A DNA stretch of 64,000 nucleotides. Origin: Takakia lepidozioides (lineage: Eukaryota; Plantae; Bryophyta). Shown one piece after another: positions 49,417-62,419 of the stretch (position 1 is its first letter; every line of letters begins with the position of its first letter). The notes beneath the pieces were generated by a model. It ran no database searches, was not told the DNA's origin, and was given only the letters and a program-made list of their open reading frames with translations. Position numbers and translations under genes: made by a program. Location: the NCBI GenBank assembly GCA_030704615.1, contig CM060734.1, positions 12,710,001 through 12,774,000 of the forward strand. Reading direction: 5' to 3'.

Positions 49417-50869
49417 GCTATATATATAAGCTCTCATAGCCCAGTGTATATGTTGGACAAAGCCAAGGGAGGTTGGTGTCCTAGTGTAACATTTCCAGCC
49501 AAGCTATAAAGTGCCAGTGAACAAATGAACAAACTAACAATCTTAGTCATGTGTGGGTTTCAATGGTAGTGGCATGGACAGTTGTGATAGGTATTTTCCC
49601 ATAGTTGGAAAAGTTGTCATTTAAAAAATTTATACAAAAGGAATGCAAACTCTCCCCTTTTCCAGGGTTCTTGTCTAGTGTTTTGGTTTCCCGTTATTGT
49701 TCTGGAGGATTACGCCAACGTACTTACCATTGGCTGGTGGTAGCTGATAATTGACTTGGTAGATGCAATGGTCGCAGTTGTGTCTGGTTGCATTTTTTCC
49801 CTGTTTGCTGTACTTGTTATGCTTTTGAAGTCTGGATTTTACGCTCCTGGTAAAGGTTATACCGTGGTATAGAATATGAACTACATATTCTCTCCTCCTA
49901 GGATATATTGTATGGAATAGTCTTTGACCAAGGATTAGTCAAGGACCAAGTAGCTGTTTGTACTTCATATGTTTTTCAATGAAGGAGAGACTGTTTCGAC
50001 AGGCTGTGGGTGGAGGGGTGGGTGAAAATAAGTTACTCTTTTGCTAGACTTTTCTCTCGTGCTGTCGTGGTCATGTTCATTCGATGAAATGTTGGTGGCT
50101 GTCCCTGTTGCTGACTCTGAAACTGAAATCTCACCCACGTCATCATCCTCCACATCACTTGCCAAAACTGTTGTTCCGGAAGCAGCTCATGGAATAGATA
50201 TCTGATTCCAAGACACAGGCACACAGATTTGTGCGCAAGCGCTTCACAGACCAAAGAAAACGCAGATGTGAGCACAGGTCCAGTTTTACCACTTCTGTGC
50301 GTGGATGTCGTCAAAGACTGATAATCCAAACTGCATAGTTGCATCGGTCTCTTTGTTCCACCACTGTTTCTCTCTAACACTGCTTTTCTGTGCTTTCTTT
50401 CCCTGTGTTCTCTCTACAGATCTAATGTCCACTAATTTACTCTTAACACTTTTGCCATTCAGAGCTGACTATAATAAGGTTAGATCATTTCATGGTCTTA
50501 ATGCTGCTGAAAACAGACTTTTTGGTCATTTGATTGTACAAGTTGGTGTGGTTAGTGTTATAAATAGTTTCTACTAGATCCTATGTTGGTTTACTATACA
50601 CAATTTGTAATTGCTCATTTTCCAGCATGTCCATAGTCTCTAGTTGGCATGACTCAGAACAACACACACCAATGAATGTTTTTGGACCAATACGAGTCTT
50701 CACATGGAGTAAGGACAGTTGACCATTTTCTCTTGACTTCAACAAGATGCAAAGTTAATGCCCTTAAAGGGAGGGAGCATAGATACCTAGTGAACCAGTA
50801 TCAGTGGCATTTTGGTGTCCCGGATGCAACTTGAATCTGTGATGTCACTTGTAGGGTATTGTGTTTTAA

Positions 50870-51679
50870 CCCTTAAAAGGACGAGCTATTTTTTGGTGGG
50901 CCCACTCAAAAAGGGTGCATACCCTTATGGACGAGGGTGTAACTTCTTACCCCCAATCATCCATGGGGATGAACCTTATACTTATGTGCATATCTACTAG
51001 ATCCATGTCCTGTCAAAAATATAGGCAAATAAATATAGGCAAATTGACCGTTGCATTCGGGAGATTATAACAAACTAATATGCCCCAATTTGTAAATATA
51101 TTCAAAAATTGCATGGAAAAAAATGTTTGACCACAAAATTGAAGTATCTTGAGTCCAATCTTTCAAAGGCCCTCCATAATCTGATTATATGGCACCTAAA
51201 CTACTGCCTCCCCCAAAAAATCAGACCAAAATTCCAAAAATTCAGATAGGCTGCTTTGTATGTGAAACGTGGGGGGTAAATTATCTTGTTTTGGCTTCTT
51301 TCCCAAGTGAGGTGACATTTGTCTTCCAATTCCTCTGGTAAGTAAGTGCATAGTAACATTTCATGGTGTCTTGTCCAAATTTTTTGGCATTAAGATAAAT
51401 TTTCAGCCCTACATGTTATCTTGAAGATTGCCCATTTGGCTGCCACGTAGGCAGCTCAATGGTGCTCTAACACTGGATTTCCTGAAACCTTGGCACTTTG
51501 CAAAATTCTAGGGAGCAGAGCTGTTATGATTTTTTGGCGCTGTAAATTCCCACATGTGCTCCTCTCTGACATCTACAATTCATCTTCAAGGTTCACCTCC
51601 ATCCACTATCATCCATGGGAACTGGAGCGTGGCAAGTAATCTGACGCGACCCGATTCGGGTCACGTTGTCCTATAGGGG
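50870..51679. mobile_element. piggyBac-like non-autonomous element (810 bp)
   Basis: TTAA at 50866-50869 and 51680-51683; imperfect TIRs CCCTTAAAAGGAC and CCCCTATAGGAC (reverse complement); subterminal palindrome GACCCGATTCGGGTC; internal repeat CCCTTATGGACGAG at ~50922. Confidence 0.6.
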
Positions 51680-52026
51680 TTAAGTGTTAGCTATCCCTTT
51701 GAATTATTGAACTTGAGAAGAAAAAGAGCAATACATCATATAAGCCCAGATATTAAGCTTGATTAGAGCCATCCATTTGGGTGAGCAAATTATTCATCAA
51801 TTTGCACTAGAGTAGATATCCTAGTGGTTGAGAGTTTATGCCTTGTCTGTGCATAACCTAGGTGATCTAGGGTTTGGAAAGATTTTCCTGCTTTTTCCCT
51901 TTGGGTTTGTGAAGCCTTAAAACAAGTGTGAGAGAATAATCTCCTATCCTCACAAGGCACTTGACAAACGACAGGGGCGAAGCAAAGAAGAGCTTGCAAG
52001 CACGCAAGAGGAGGATACACCACAAC

Positions 52027-53690
52027 TGATAGGATTCTTTAACACGTACAAAGTTCTCACAGCTTTACACATACGTTTCACCAGAGTACACAAGCCGTCT
52101 GACACAAGTCAGGCCGCTGCTTTATACACTAACCCTAGGGCTGCTGTGAGGTGGCGAGGCGTTATAGGCTGAGCGCGCGACGCCTCTTTCTGGCCATAGA
52201 TTGATCGGACGGTCAAGATAAAACCAGCACATAAGCTAACCCCTAACTTAACTATGAGTGTAACGGTTTACCGGTATACTAAGCGAAAAAATACACTAGA
52301 TGAATGAGTATAGATGGATGGATGAAATAGGAAAGTAAGTCACTAGGAGGAAATGGGCCTTCACATCTGTGAAGCCTACCCCCCTCGGAAAGTCCCGAGC
52401 TCCGCTAGGTAAAATATAAGAAATAATATATAAAATATTTTGATAAAATCACCATCCTCTGCTGGGTGAAAAACCTACCAAGGGAAAACCTGGCACCTGC
52501 AAATTGGGCCGAGGACAAAACCCTTGGGTAGGAAAACCGTGCAGGGAGTACAGGTGGTGATATATCATAAGACTAAAATGTTTTGAGTCATATAATGTCA
52601 CAAAAGTCACAAATCCGCAATCTAAGACCAAGCCGCCGAAGAACAAGAGGATCAAGCTTAAGCAAATCAGCAAAGAAGATCAAGACATCACCCCACCATG
52701 CGTCCCTCCACGTTGATGCACGTGAGATCAAAGACCAACTCGGAATGCACCAAATCAGTGAGAAACAGGTTCATCATGCGCTTGAACATTGGGCCCCTGC
52801 GGAAGAAGGAGAGCACGTCGCCCACGTGAAATCTAATAGAGCAAGTATGGACCGTCGATCTTGAGCTTAGATTTGCATGCATGCTTACCATGCTGCAACC
52901 GAATGCACACGGTTTGTCCCACCTGAAACAGGTTAGAATACTTGACACGTTTGTGAAAATTGCAGACCTGGGTTAGCTAAGCCTTACCAATGTTCGACTT
53001 GGCATCGTAGATAGACACCGCATGCCGACCATGAAGATCCTCAACAAAGGTATCAAGATCAACCGGATCAGCAACAGTAGAGATAAGAGGGGTAGAATGC
53101 AAAGAAGAAACACACTTACGACCATAAAATAACTCAAAAGGAGTCTTCTTGGTGCTAGCATGCACGGCGGTGCGATAAGCAAAGAGAAATAGGGGGAAGA
53201 GAGGTATCCCACTCCCTGGTAAGTGTGCCATTCTTCTCCAACATTCGGCAAAGAGTTTGGTTGAAGCGTTCTGTAAGGCCATTGGTCTGGGGATGGTATG
53301 GGGCGGTGGTGGAATGTTTGACACCAAAATTGAAACAAACCACCGTGAGGAGCTGGTTACAAAACTCCCTGCCTTGATTCGTCAGTATCTCCCGAGGACA
53401 CCCATGCCGCATAAGGATCTTATTGAAGAAGAACTGAGCTACAGCATCACTATCATTGGTACGCAAATGCCGAACTTCTACCCACTTAGTCAAGTAATCA
53501 GTAGCAACACAAAGGTAGCTTCGACCCTTTGATGTGAGTGCGAGGGGTCCTACCAAGTTAATGCCAACACGAACAAAAGCATGGGTAACAGGCAAAGGCT
53601 GCAGCTCATGCAAGATCCGGGCCCTAGGGAGAGCAATGTTAGCACGACAACCTTCACACTTAGAGATGAATTCCGTGACATCCCGTGGTA
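52027..53690 (-). mobile_element. Gypsy integrase fragment plus LTR-like segment (52027-52365)
   Basis: VGINLVGPL..VATDYLTKWVE..ILTNQGREF..TAPYHPQTNGLTERFN, FAYRTAVHASTKKTPFELFYG; G-rich PPT-like tract near 52380; TG..CA-bounded segment with TATA-like motif. Confidence 0.8.
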
Positions 53691-53699
53691 GTGATAAGT

Positions 53700-55420
53700 T
53701 GGGTAAGGCTAGAGATACTGCGTTGTTTGAAGTATGTCAGAATGAGTTTTTTTTTTGTCGTGGGTGGGAGTGTTCAAATTGTGTGTGGGAGGGGCTTTGA
53801 AGCCATGCACGTTCAAGTGGGGAGATGGTGTTGGGGTAGCTTGGTAGGTCGGTTTGTATACTGATCTTCAGTTGTCTTAGAATAAACAGTGTGCGGGTGG
53901 TTGGGGAGTGAAAGCATGATTGGGGATAAAGGGTGGGAAGAGAATATAGCCCATTGTATTTACCCGCCAGGTATTTGAGGAGGCCTCTAAAAATGAGTCC
54001 TAAGCGACCACGGTCGTTTAGGGCTTCCTTGTAATTGTGAGCCAAGGGTGCGGGTGTATGAGATGATGAGGGGACTAGAGCCTATGTCATAGCTATCTTG
54101 TGGGAGTTGGGTGAGAGCGTTCGGGGTGCTAGTGGGTAGGCCACATATACGTTTGGTGAGTTGAACAATATTTTTATCAATTTGTTTGATGTCTAGTAAA
54201 GAGAAGAGGGCGGCATGAAAGGCGTATTGTACTTGGGTTTTGAGGACTGTGTTGATGATGGCAAGCTTGGGGTGGATGGCAACCGGAGCTTTGAGGAGGG
54301 CCAGGCTTTTGTTGGTTAGTTTATAGAGTGTTGTGGATTTTCCATGTGAGTGAGGGGACCAGCTGAATGCCTAGGTAGGTGTAGGGCTCGTCTGGGCCTA
54401 AGAAGGGGAAGGGTTTTTGTTGATAATATATGGAGTTTACAGTGGGAGACTATGGTGGATTTTGTGAGTTTGCTGCAATGTGTGGTGGCAATGACCGCAC
54501 ATTTGTGGAGGCTGAACTCCATGCCAGACCATTGGTTGAAGCGGGCAAGTTTGTCCACCCATCGCTTAAGATGTTGAGGTTTGTGTGCAAGTATGGCAAG
54601 GTCGTCAGCATAAGTTGCTGCAGTGATTTCATTAGGGGAGGTTTTGTACTGATAACCAAGGTTTCCACGGGCGAGCCATCTGAGCAGGGGTTCAAGGAAT
54701 ATGATGAATAGATAGGGGCTCAGAGTGTCACCTTGAATGGTTCCATGAAGGATGGGAATAGGAGGCGTGGAACCATAGTAAGAACCAGCGTATTTTGTGG
54801 TGATGTTGGTGTAGATGTTACCAATGAGCTAGATAGCATCTATAGGGTATCCTAAATCTATCATGACGGCGAGCAGGCGGGGGTGGTCTAGGGATCCGAA
54901 GGCATTTTTTAAGTCGATGTAGAGAAGATAAATGTCTTGTTTGGTAAGTTTTGTATCTTCCAGAGCCGATAGGACATATTGTATTTGACTGGTGGTACTC
55001 CGCGTAGCACGAAAACCTTCTTGTGGGTCGCTGAGGATCCGGTGTTGTTCCCCATAGGTAGACAACATTGTTGTCAGGGTGCTAGTGAATAGTGTTAACT
55101 AGTGCGATAGGCCTGTAGTTACCAAGGTCCGTGGGGTCACCTTTTTCGAATAGTAGTATGGTCCTGCTATGCTTCCCGCAAGGGAGTGTGGTATTCGGTG
55201 GAGCTGGTAGCAGAGTTGAAATTTTTTAAAGAGGAGGTCATGAAATTGGGGTTCGAGTGCTTGGAGGATGGCGTTGGGTATGAGGTCTGGGCCTGGCGCC
55301 TTGGCTTTGGATAGGTTTTTGAGGCATGAGTCATAGAGGTCTCTTGTGAAGAGATTCAATATACAGTCTGTAGGGGGGCCGCGTTTTTTTAGGGAGAAGC
55401 CGTCAAGGTCGTGCCACGGG
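53700..55420 (-). mobile_element. Degenerate LINE RT fragment, Dualen/RandI-like
   Basis: KAPGPDLIPN, GNYRPIAL, QEGFR..SALEDTKLTKQDIYLLYIDLKNAFGSLDH, GTIQGDTLSPYLFIIFLEPLLRWL, TYADDL. Confidence 0.8.
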
Positions 55421-55489
55421 TAGTGCTTGACTCTGCATAGGCAAGTGGATACGTGTTGGCTTGGATGCAGGCAGTTAGTGACTGTGGGT

Positions 55490-57878
55490 GTGTATGAAGT
55501 CGATGATCGTGGTACTCATTTCTTAAACTCCACTATTGAGCAAATGACGGCTAAGTATGTCATTAAGCATCGAAAGACCACCCCTCATCATCCTCGGGCG
55601 AATGGCCAAACTGAGAAAACCAATGGACTTTTATGTGCAATCTTGACCAAAATAATTTCTGGTTCTGGCAAAGATTGGGATATCAAGCTATTTTCTGCTT
55701 TGTGGGCCTATCGGACTGCCTTTAAGGTTACTATAGGTTTTACACCTTTTCAACTTGTTTTTGGCCAGGAGGCGATTTTGCCTATTGAATTAGAGATACC
55801 CTCTCTCCGCATAGCTATCGAAGAGCGTCTTGGCGAAACTGACAGCTCGATTGTTGCAATTGGTAAAAGGATGAACTTCGTTGGCAGGCGTTACAACATA
55901 TTGAAGTCACCCAGTTGCGGCGGAAGGACTATTATGACAGCCGCCTTAAGCCTAAAGCATTTAAAACCCATGATTTGGTGCTCATTTTATGATAGTCGCT
56001 TTCAAGATTCTGCCCACAGAATACTTAAGTATGGTAGAGTTTAAGGCGATCGCCATTAATGCGAGTGTCCAATGGATCGCCAAAAATTATCGATAATGTC
56101 ACTGAGCCATTGGGAAAAGCCTCCACCGAGCGATAAGGGCCAAGCCAGAGCATTTTTAATTTGCCAGGAAATTTTTTAGGTTACGTGAGGGGGAGGGTGT
56201 TTTACAATTCTATTGGTCAAGGATCATTTTTTCTTATGATTGCGTTATCATTAGGTTGATAGAGAGCCATCGTCGCCGTTTGTGGTAGCCGCCATGTCGA
56301 ATCAGTTATGACCGACAGTTAGTTTCATTGCTTACTGCAAGACAATTGTATAGCCAAGTGGCTGCTGTTAGGTTATGCCACCTTGGTCAATAGATAGGAG
56401 TGGGGCCGTCTTTTCCGCTCTCATTTCCATTGTTGTGTCATTCTCTTCTTGCAGAGCGATAGTTTGTTGTAGTGTGCGAGAGAGAGTGTGTAGGAGGGAG
56501 CATTGGGTGAAGTGAGTGTTGTGAGGAAAAGTAGTGTTTCCAGCCAATTAGTCAAGATGGTGAAGAAATCTGTGCAGCAACCATTGCCGAGGCCGGTTTC
56601 CATGATGGCAGAAGAATTGCGGAGTTGTGATATTACTATGATTTTGGGTAACCGTGATCAGAAAGCGCTGTGGAGGCAGACACAGATGTTGGAGTTTTTT
56701 ATTCTCTGTTTGAAGGGTATGCCAAAGCCTAGCATGACATTAGTTATGCAGTTTTGCAATTCTTACGATCGTGGTTCGAAGAGTGGAATAGTGAAGGGCA
56801 CGGGGATAGTTGTTGATGCTCGCACTGTCACAGAGGTCTTGTTATTGCCCTCAACAAGAATTGAAGTCGATGGTTTTAAGGATGAGGCTTTTGTTCCTGC
56901 AAGCCATTTCAAGTTGAATGCTTTCAATCGAACGGGAGGTTGGGCAATTGCCAAAGCAATCAGACCTGAGCTGATGGAATGGATGAAGTTTGCAGTAAGC
57001 CGATTAGCCCTGAAGAAGGCCGCTACTTATGTTGTGTAATCGCAACTTAATTCGGTGGTAGCAACATTCATGGGCCTGCAAATCAATTGGGCAGAATTCG
57101 TCTTTGGGAAGATCCATGAGGAGATAATATCGAAGCGTAAGAATGGTAAGACTGACACTCTGTTTTGTGCGACCTATTTGTCTATGATTATGCAACATCG
57201 ATCGAAGGTACCACCTCCTGCCGATGCAAATGACATTGAGATTATTGACAGGCCAGAGACGAGTAGGCTCCAAGAGAAGAATCCAAGGACCACAACGCCT
57301 GTAGCAACTACTCCTATCACTTCTATTGTTGTATCAGGAAGTAAGGATGTGGGTAGTCAAACCTCTTTCACAGCAAGGTTGCGTGAATTGGTCTCTGGTC
57401 TTCAAGAGATAGCAGCAGAAACAATTGATCACGAGGACGTGAAGGGGGAATTGGACGATTTGAGGACCCTCATACTGCTACTTTGTCGCGTAATCAACAG
57501 TTGCAGCTTGCTTGGGATGATGCCAAGAAAAAGATGGAGGGAGATGCAAGGGAACTCCAGAAATCGAAGGAGCAATGGCAGACTCGAGAGGCACAACATC
57601 ATAAGACTTCTGTAGATAAGGATGCTCTAATTACCATGTTGACTGAACGATCAAATTCCAAGGACAGTCAAATTGCAGAATTAGAGAAGAGATTGGCAGA
57701 AGTTGCTAATCAGATTGTCGAATTAGAGAAACGTCCTCCAGTGGTCCAAAATTCAGAAGAGCAATATGTGGCATTACAACAGGAGTTTGAGGCTTACCGT
57801 GTTGAGCAGAAAGGCGCAATGGATGTGATGGAGGAGACAATGAGGGCTCAGATGGCTGAATTGGAGCTGAGCCGATCA
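55490..57878 (+). mobile_element. Gypsy integrase C-terminus followed by an extra downstream ORF (56557-57878, coiled-coil tail), cut by CACTA
   Basis: DRGTHFLN..TTPHHPRANGQTEKTN..LWAYRTAFK..TPFQLVFG; downstream disrupted ORF with INWAEFVF motif and heptad-rich tail. Confidence 0.78.
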
Positions 57879-60800
57879 CACTACAGGAAAAAAAAAGGGA
57901 GGGGGGGGTTTTAGTGACGCTGCGGAAACGGCGCAGCCACGCCGCGGCGTCACTAAATGCCGCTTTTGAGGCAGGGGCACAAGCGCCCTTGCCCTTTTGT
58001 GACGCCCAGGCGTGGCACGACCGTCCTCGGGGCGTCACTAATCGGACGTCGCATAAATGCGACGGATGGGGGTTGCAAGCCGTTACCCCCCTCCAGTGAC
58101 ACCCCACCGTTGCTTCTTGGCCATCCAGGGTAGCCACGCCCGGCCGTCGCTACCATCCCGGCGACGGCTCGGCGTGGCAACCAATTTTTTTTTTTCCATG
58201 CCCGGACTAAAAAACTCCACGTGGGGTTAGGCTCAGCCACCCAGTGGCGTCGCTGCCAGACATGCCACGGCGTCGCATGGGGAGACCCCGTCGCCTCAGT
58301 GCAGTCGCCCAGTACGACGCCGGGGCGTGGTTACTTGCGACGCCCAGGGGTGGTTGGGTGCCTTTTTTTACAAAAAACAAACAGGTGGGGGAGGCCTTGT
58401 GTTGGGCTCAGGGACGCCGAGGCATCGCAGCTAGCCACCCCCGAACGTCACACAAAAGAAAAACCCGTCGCACGGGGGGGGGTCCGGCTTTGCCACTGCG
58501 TTGCTGCTAGCCACGCCCGGTCGTGGCTAGTTGCGACCCCCATTCGTGGCAAGCCTAAAAAACCCGTCGCAAAGGCGCCGGCCCAAGCGACGCCTTGGGG
58601 TGCAATGCAGGTGGTGGGGGTTCATTTTGGGGGGTGAATTAGGGGTGATTTAGGGTTTTTCCCTGGTTTCTTTCTTGGGTGTTGGAAGACATTAGAGCTT
58701 CCATTGCTCTGATTTAACAGGTACTCAATTTTGTTTATTGCATTGGTTCAAGAAAGCATGAATTGAGGGTGAGGCCGGTGCGACACATGAATAAGATGGA
58801 AGATGGAAATATATGTACAAATGGAAATATATTTACAAGCAATGAGCTGAATTCTTTGCTAACAAGGGTTCAGTAGACTGACCCTGGGACCTACACGGAC
58901 TAGGTCTACTCATCCTCATCCTCATCCTCATCGTCAGAGGAGGAGTCATAGCTATCCGATGAGCCTGATGACTCCGCGTCTTTCGCCTGAGCACGTAAAC
59001 CAGGCGGCGTTCCCCTAACTTCCACAGAGCTCTCATCCAATCCCTGGCCATGACCCCCCCCCCCCCCCCCCCCCTTCAGCCATACTAGTGCCTTGTAGTG
59101 CACTCATCCCCCCCGTCTTGGCCATGTTGGTCATAAAGGGATTGCCAACCATGCTCCTTGGCGTAGTCGTACTCTATCAGAGATGACAACCTCTCAAACG
59201 TGGTTTCCTACATATGCCACAAATTAAAGTCAGTTTCTCACAATGATGGAGCCAGAAAGAAGACATAACAAAATACATAGGGAAGTATGACTTACAAATC
59301 GGAGGATAAAACCCCTCGATCCGCCGGGGCCCCACTTGTGTGTGGATTCATGCTTCTCAAGGCGGATTGTTGTTGCTTCGCGTGCCCTCTAAAAGTTATC
59401 ATTGTTTGCCGCATCATTCTCTCCCGCAATGAGCGCATCCCACGATACATATGCCCCCCCCCCCCCCCCCCCCCAACAATTAGTGAATTACACACATACG
59501 TTGCATCGAATCCACCTCATTAATGCACATGCAACAAATGGAAGGTGAAATGATTCCAGGATTTGCCAACCTGTGAAATTCAAAAGGTGGTTTGGGGGTG
59601 ACCCCCTTTTCCATTGCCCTCCGAATCCTTTGTTTGGCACGGTACCTCTTGTTCTTCAAGTTCTGCCCCACCATCTCCATCACCCTTGTCTCACTCCAAT
59701 TGCCCGGAAACCGGCGGTCTAACTCACGGGCATACTTGCGCTTCTGGCCATGTAGTGCTGATCACCCCACTCGATGTGCCAAGGGAACCACGCCGCTGCG
59801 AGTTCGAAGGCTTCATAGCCGCCCAGAACGCACTGCACGGGTCACCATGCTTATTGACCTCCACCGGTGGCACAATGATCTTTGCCAAGGCCACCTCATT
59901 TATCCCCCGGGATTTCTTCTTCTTCTCCCCCACCCTCTCCCTTCTTTGTAGGCTCCTTCCCCACCTCCTTTGTTACCCCACTGCCCTCCCCCGCACGCAC
60001 ACCCACCCCGTCATCTCCATGGGACTTCTTCCCCTTCTCCACGACTACCTCCTTCCCCTTCCCTGCTACTTCCTCTCTCTCCTTCTCCCTCTCCCTCCTC
60101 TCTCTCTCCTCGGCAGCCCCTTCATTGATGGTAAAAGGGACCTCGGGAGGTCGAGGCCTCTTCTTCTTACCTTTGGTGTTCGGGTCCTTCATCAATACCA
60201 TGTGCTCTGCCTCATTGGCAACCCCACGGGAGTGCACCCAACTGGCCAAGAATGTCTCTGCCTCTTGAAGACGAATACCCCCCCAAATTCAAAAAAAGAA
60301 ACAAACAAGAAAGAAATACATGCATGCAAAGGAAATGACAAAACATGGAATGGGCAAGGTGCGACGGTTGTACCTTTGCAAGCTTGGCCGACTCGGCCCC
60401 GGTGTCACCTAATGTGGCAAGAGTCCCCGCTGCCGGAAGTCCCCGCGCTATCCCCTCCCGGAGCCGCTGGAAGTAGGTTCCAGATGTCGACCATAGCCGC
60501 CGCCGGCGCCCCGTAGTCCAGGCCCTTCTTTGCTGACCGCTCAGGCTGAGGGGGCGACATCGCTAATCGGCTAGGCCGCTCCAAACTGGCCCGTAGCTCC
60601 TCCTCCCCCCCCACGAATGCATAGCAGGGTAGAAGCCCTCACCCGGCTTGACTAATTCGAGATGCTTCGCTATCTCGGCCTCCTCATTGGCCCTCCTCGT
60701 CAACTCCTCCCTCATGATCAACATTGGGCTAGGAACCGCTAGTTCCCGAGGCCCTTCAACCTGACCATGGGCCTTGGCAAGTGCGGCCTTCGCTGCGGAG

Positions 60801-61396
60801 AAAGGGGTCTGTATAGGGGTGACATCCAAAAGTTGCCCGAACCGGGCCCCCGACGGGTGATGCGCTTGCCAAGGTACATCTCACCCGTCTTGGTGGCCGG
60901 GGGTGTGCTCAACTAAGCATCCGGCCCAGCAACAACCTCCCGAATAGGAGAGGTGGCTGAGCCGGCCCCTGGTGAATCCAAGACGGGGACAAGAGGGGGG
61001 GGGCTGGCCTTAGGGGGCAGAGGAGCCCTCCGGCTGCAGCTGTCGACGGGGCTGGTTAACCGTGAGACGCCAGCCCGCGTCACATGTGCCGGTAGAGCAA
61101 ACGGGTTCTCCGCCCCTTTCTTTGGGGCAGGGGACTTCTTCTCTTTCCCCATAAGCCTGGCACCTATCATGCAAACCCAAAAGTTGGCCTCACCAGGAAA
61201 CAATCTCTACATTCCATATCCAAAAAAAACAACAATGTGGGGGCTGAGAGCAGCAAGTGCTGCTGCTCTCAGCTCCGCCCCACCAGAGAGGGTGCAAGAA
61301 AAATAAATAAAAGGTGGGGGGGGGAGTGACTGAGCAGCAGCAACTGCTGCTGCTCAGTCACCCCCCCGCCCCCCACACCTTTTTTGTTTTTTTTTG

Positions 61397-61482
<86 letters not shown>

Positions 61483-61700
61483 GTCACTCCCCACAAAAAA
61501 ACAAAAATCAGAGAGGGGAGAGAGGGGGCAGAAGAGAGGGAGAGGGACAGAGGGAGAGAGAGGGAAAGAGAGAGGGAGAGCGGTGCAAGAAAAAAATAAA
61601 AATAAAAATGTGGGGGGGAGTGATTGAGCAGCTGCTGCTCAGTCACTCCCCCCCCCCCCCCCCCCCCACCTTTCCTGATCTCTCCCTCTCTCTCCCTCCC
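57879..61700 (-). mobile_element. CACTA (En/Spm) element, one end visible, with a spliced TnpA-like/accessory gene remnant on the minus strand (~58890-61200)
   Basis: Terminus CACTACAGGAAAAAAA at 57879; subterminal direct and inverted repeats GCGACG/CGTCAC/AGCCACGCC to ~58600; charged low-complexity exons ending SSSDDEDEDEDE. Matching end and 3-bp TSD not found. Confidence 0.72.
61400..61479. repeat. (TC)n microsatellite
   Basis: About 80 bp of perfect TC repeat. Confidence 0.97.
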
Positions 61701-61715
61701 TCCCTCCTTGGAATT

Positions 61716-62355
61716 CCCCGGTTTTATCAGTGTTAATTTCCTATTTTTTCATCTATACCGGATGGACTCTAACAGTTTTTTCACCCGCCCTATAACAATT
61801 TTTTATCCATACCGGATGAATTACCTCGGTGGACACTAAACTGAGTCTATGATTTTTTCATTCCTCTTTTATTGACTTTCATCCATACCAGATGAGTCAC
61901 CAGAGAATGAGGAATTACCTCTGTAGGGGTTGACACTGGCATCCTATATATAATTTTTTCCATCCATACCGGATGAAAAATAGCAGGATATTAATTCGTT
62001 TATTCCTCTTTTATGGCTTTTTTCCGTACTGGATGAGGCATTTTTTTTGGGGATGTTGAATTACCTGTGAGGATGTGAAACCGTTGCTTTGGATGTTAAG
62101 TACTGTTTTTTCATCCTACTGACGAACCTTCTCCAACGGATGAACTTATTAACTTTTTCATCTGAACCGGATGAAATATGCAGCTTATTATGGCCTTGGA
62201 CTGATGATTAATTACCCTTAATTATGGCTAATTAAGGAGTGAAACCCTTACCCCTACCCTATAACCTACTGTTTAAACCTAGCTAACGGATGACATCCGT
62301 CGGGTTTCGAAAAATGTGGTGTTGATTACTCATCCTGCACGGATGAAAAAACGGG
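61716..62355. repeat. Array of short palindromes TTTTCATCC(ATACC)GGATGAAAA, possible MITE
   Basis: About 9 degenerate copies with recurring GAATTACCT and ATTCCTCTTTTAT; weak terminal inversion CCCG(G)TTTT..ATC(A/C)GTG. Confidence 0.6.
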
Positions 62356-62419
62356 CATGAGCCCTAGGGTGTCTCTCCCGCCGCCAGAAGCACTCCTCGT
62401 GCTTTTGAGCTCACGGGAT

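Noticed and set aside
59091-59100. TGTAGTG as the second CACTA terminus
   Set aside because: No poly-T TIR extension, no subterminal repeats, and the following bases (CAC) do not match the left flank (TCA).
61269-61736. ER/SL dipeptide ORFs
   Set aside because: Translations of the (TC)n microsatellite.
61716-62355. CRISPR-like array
   Set aside because: Repeats are degenerate, spacing is irregular, spacers are partly repeated, there are no cas genes, and the context is eukaryotic.
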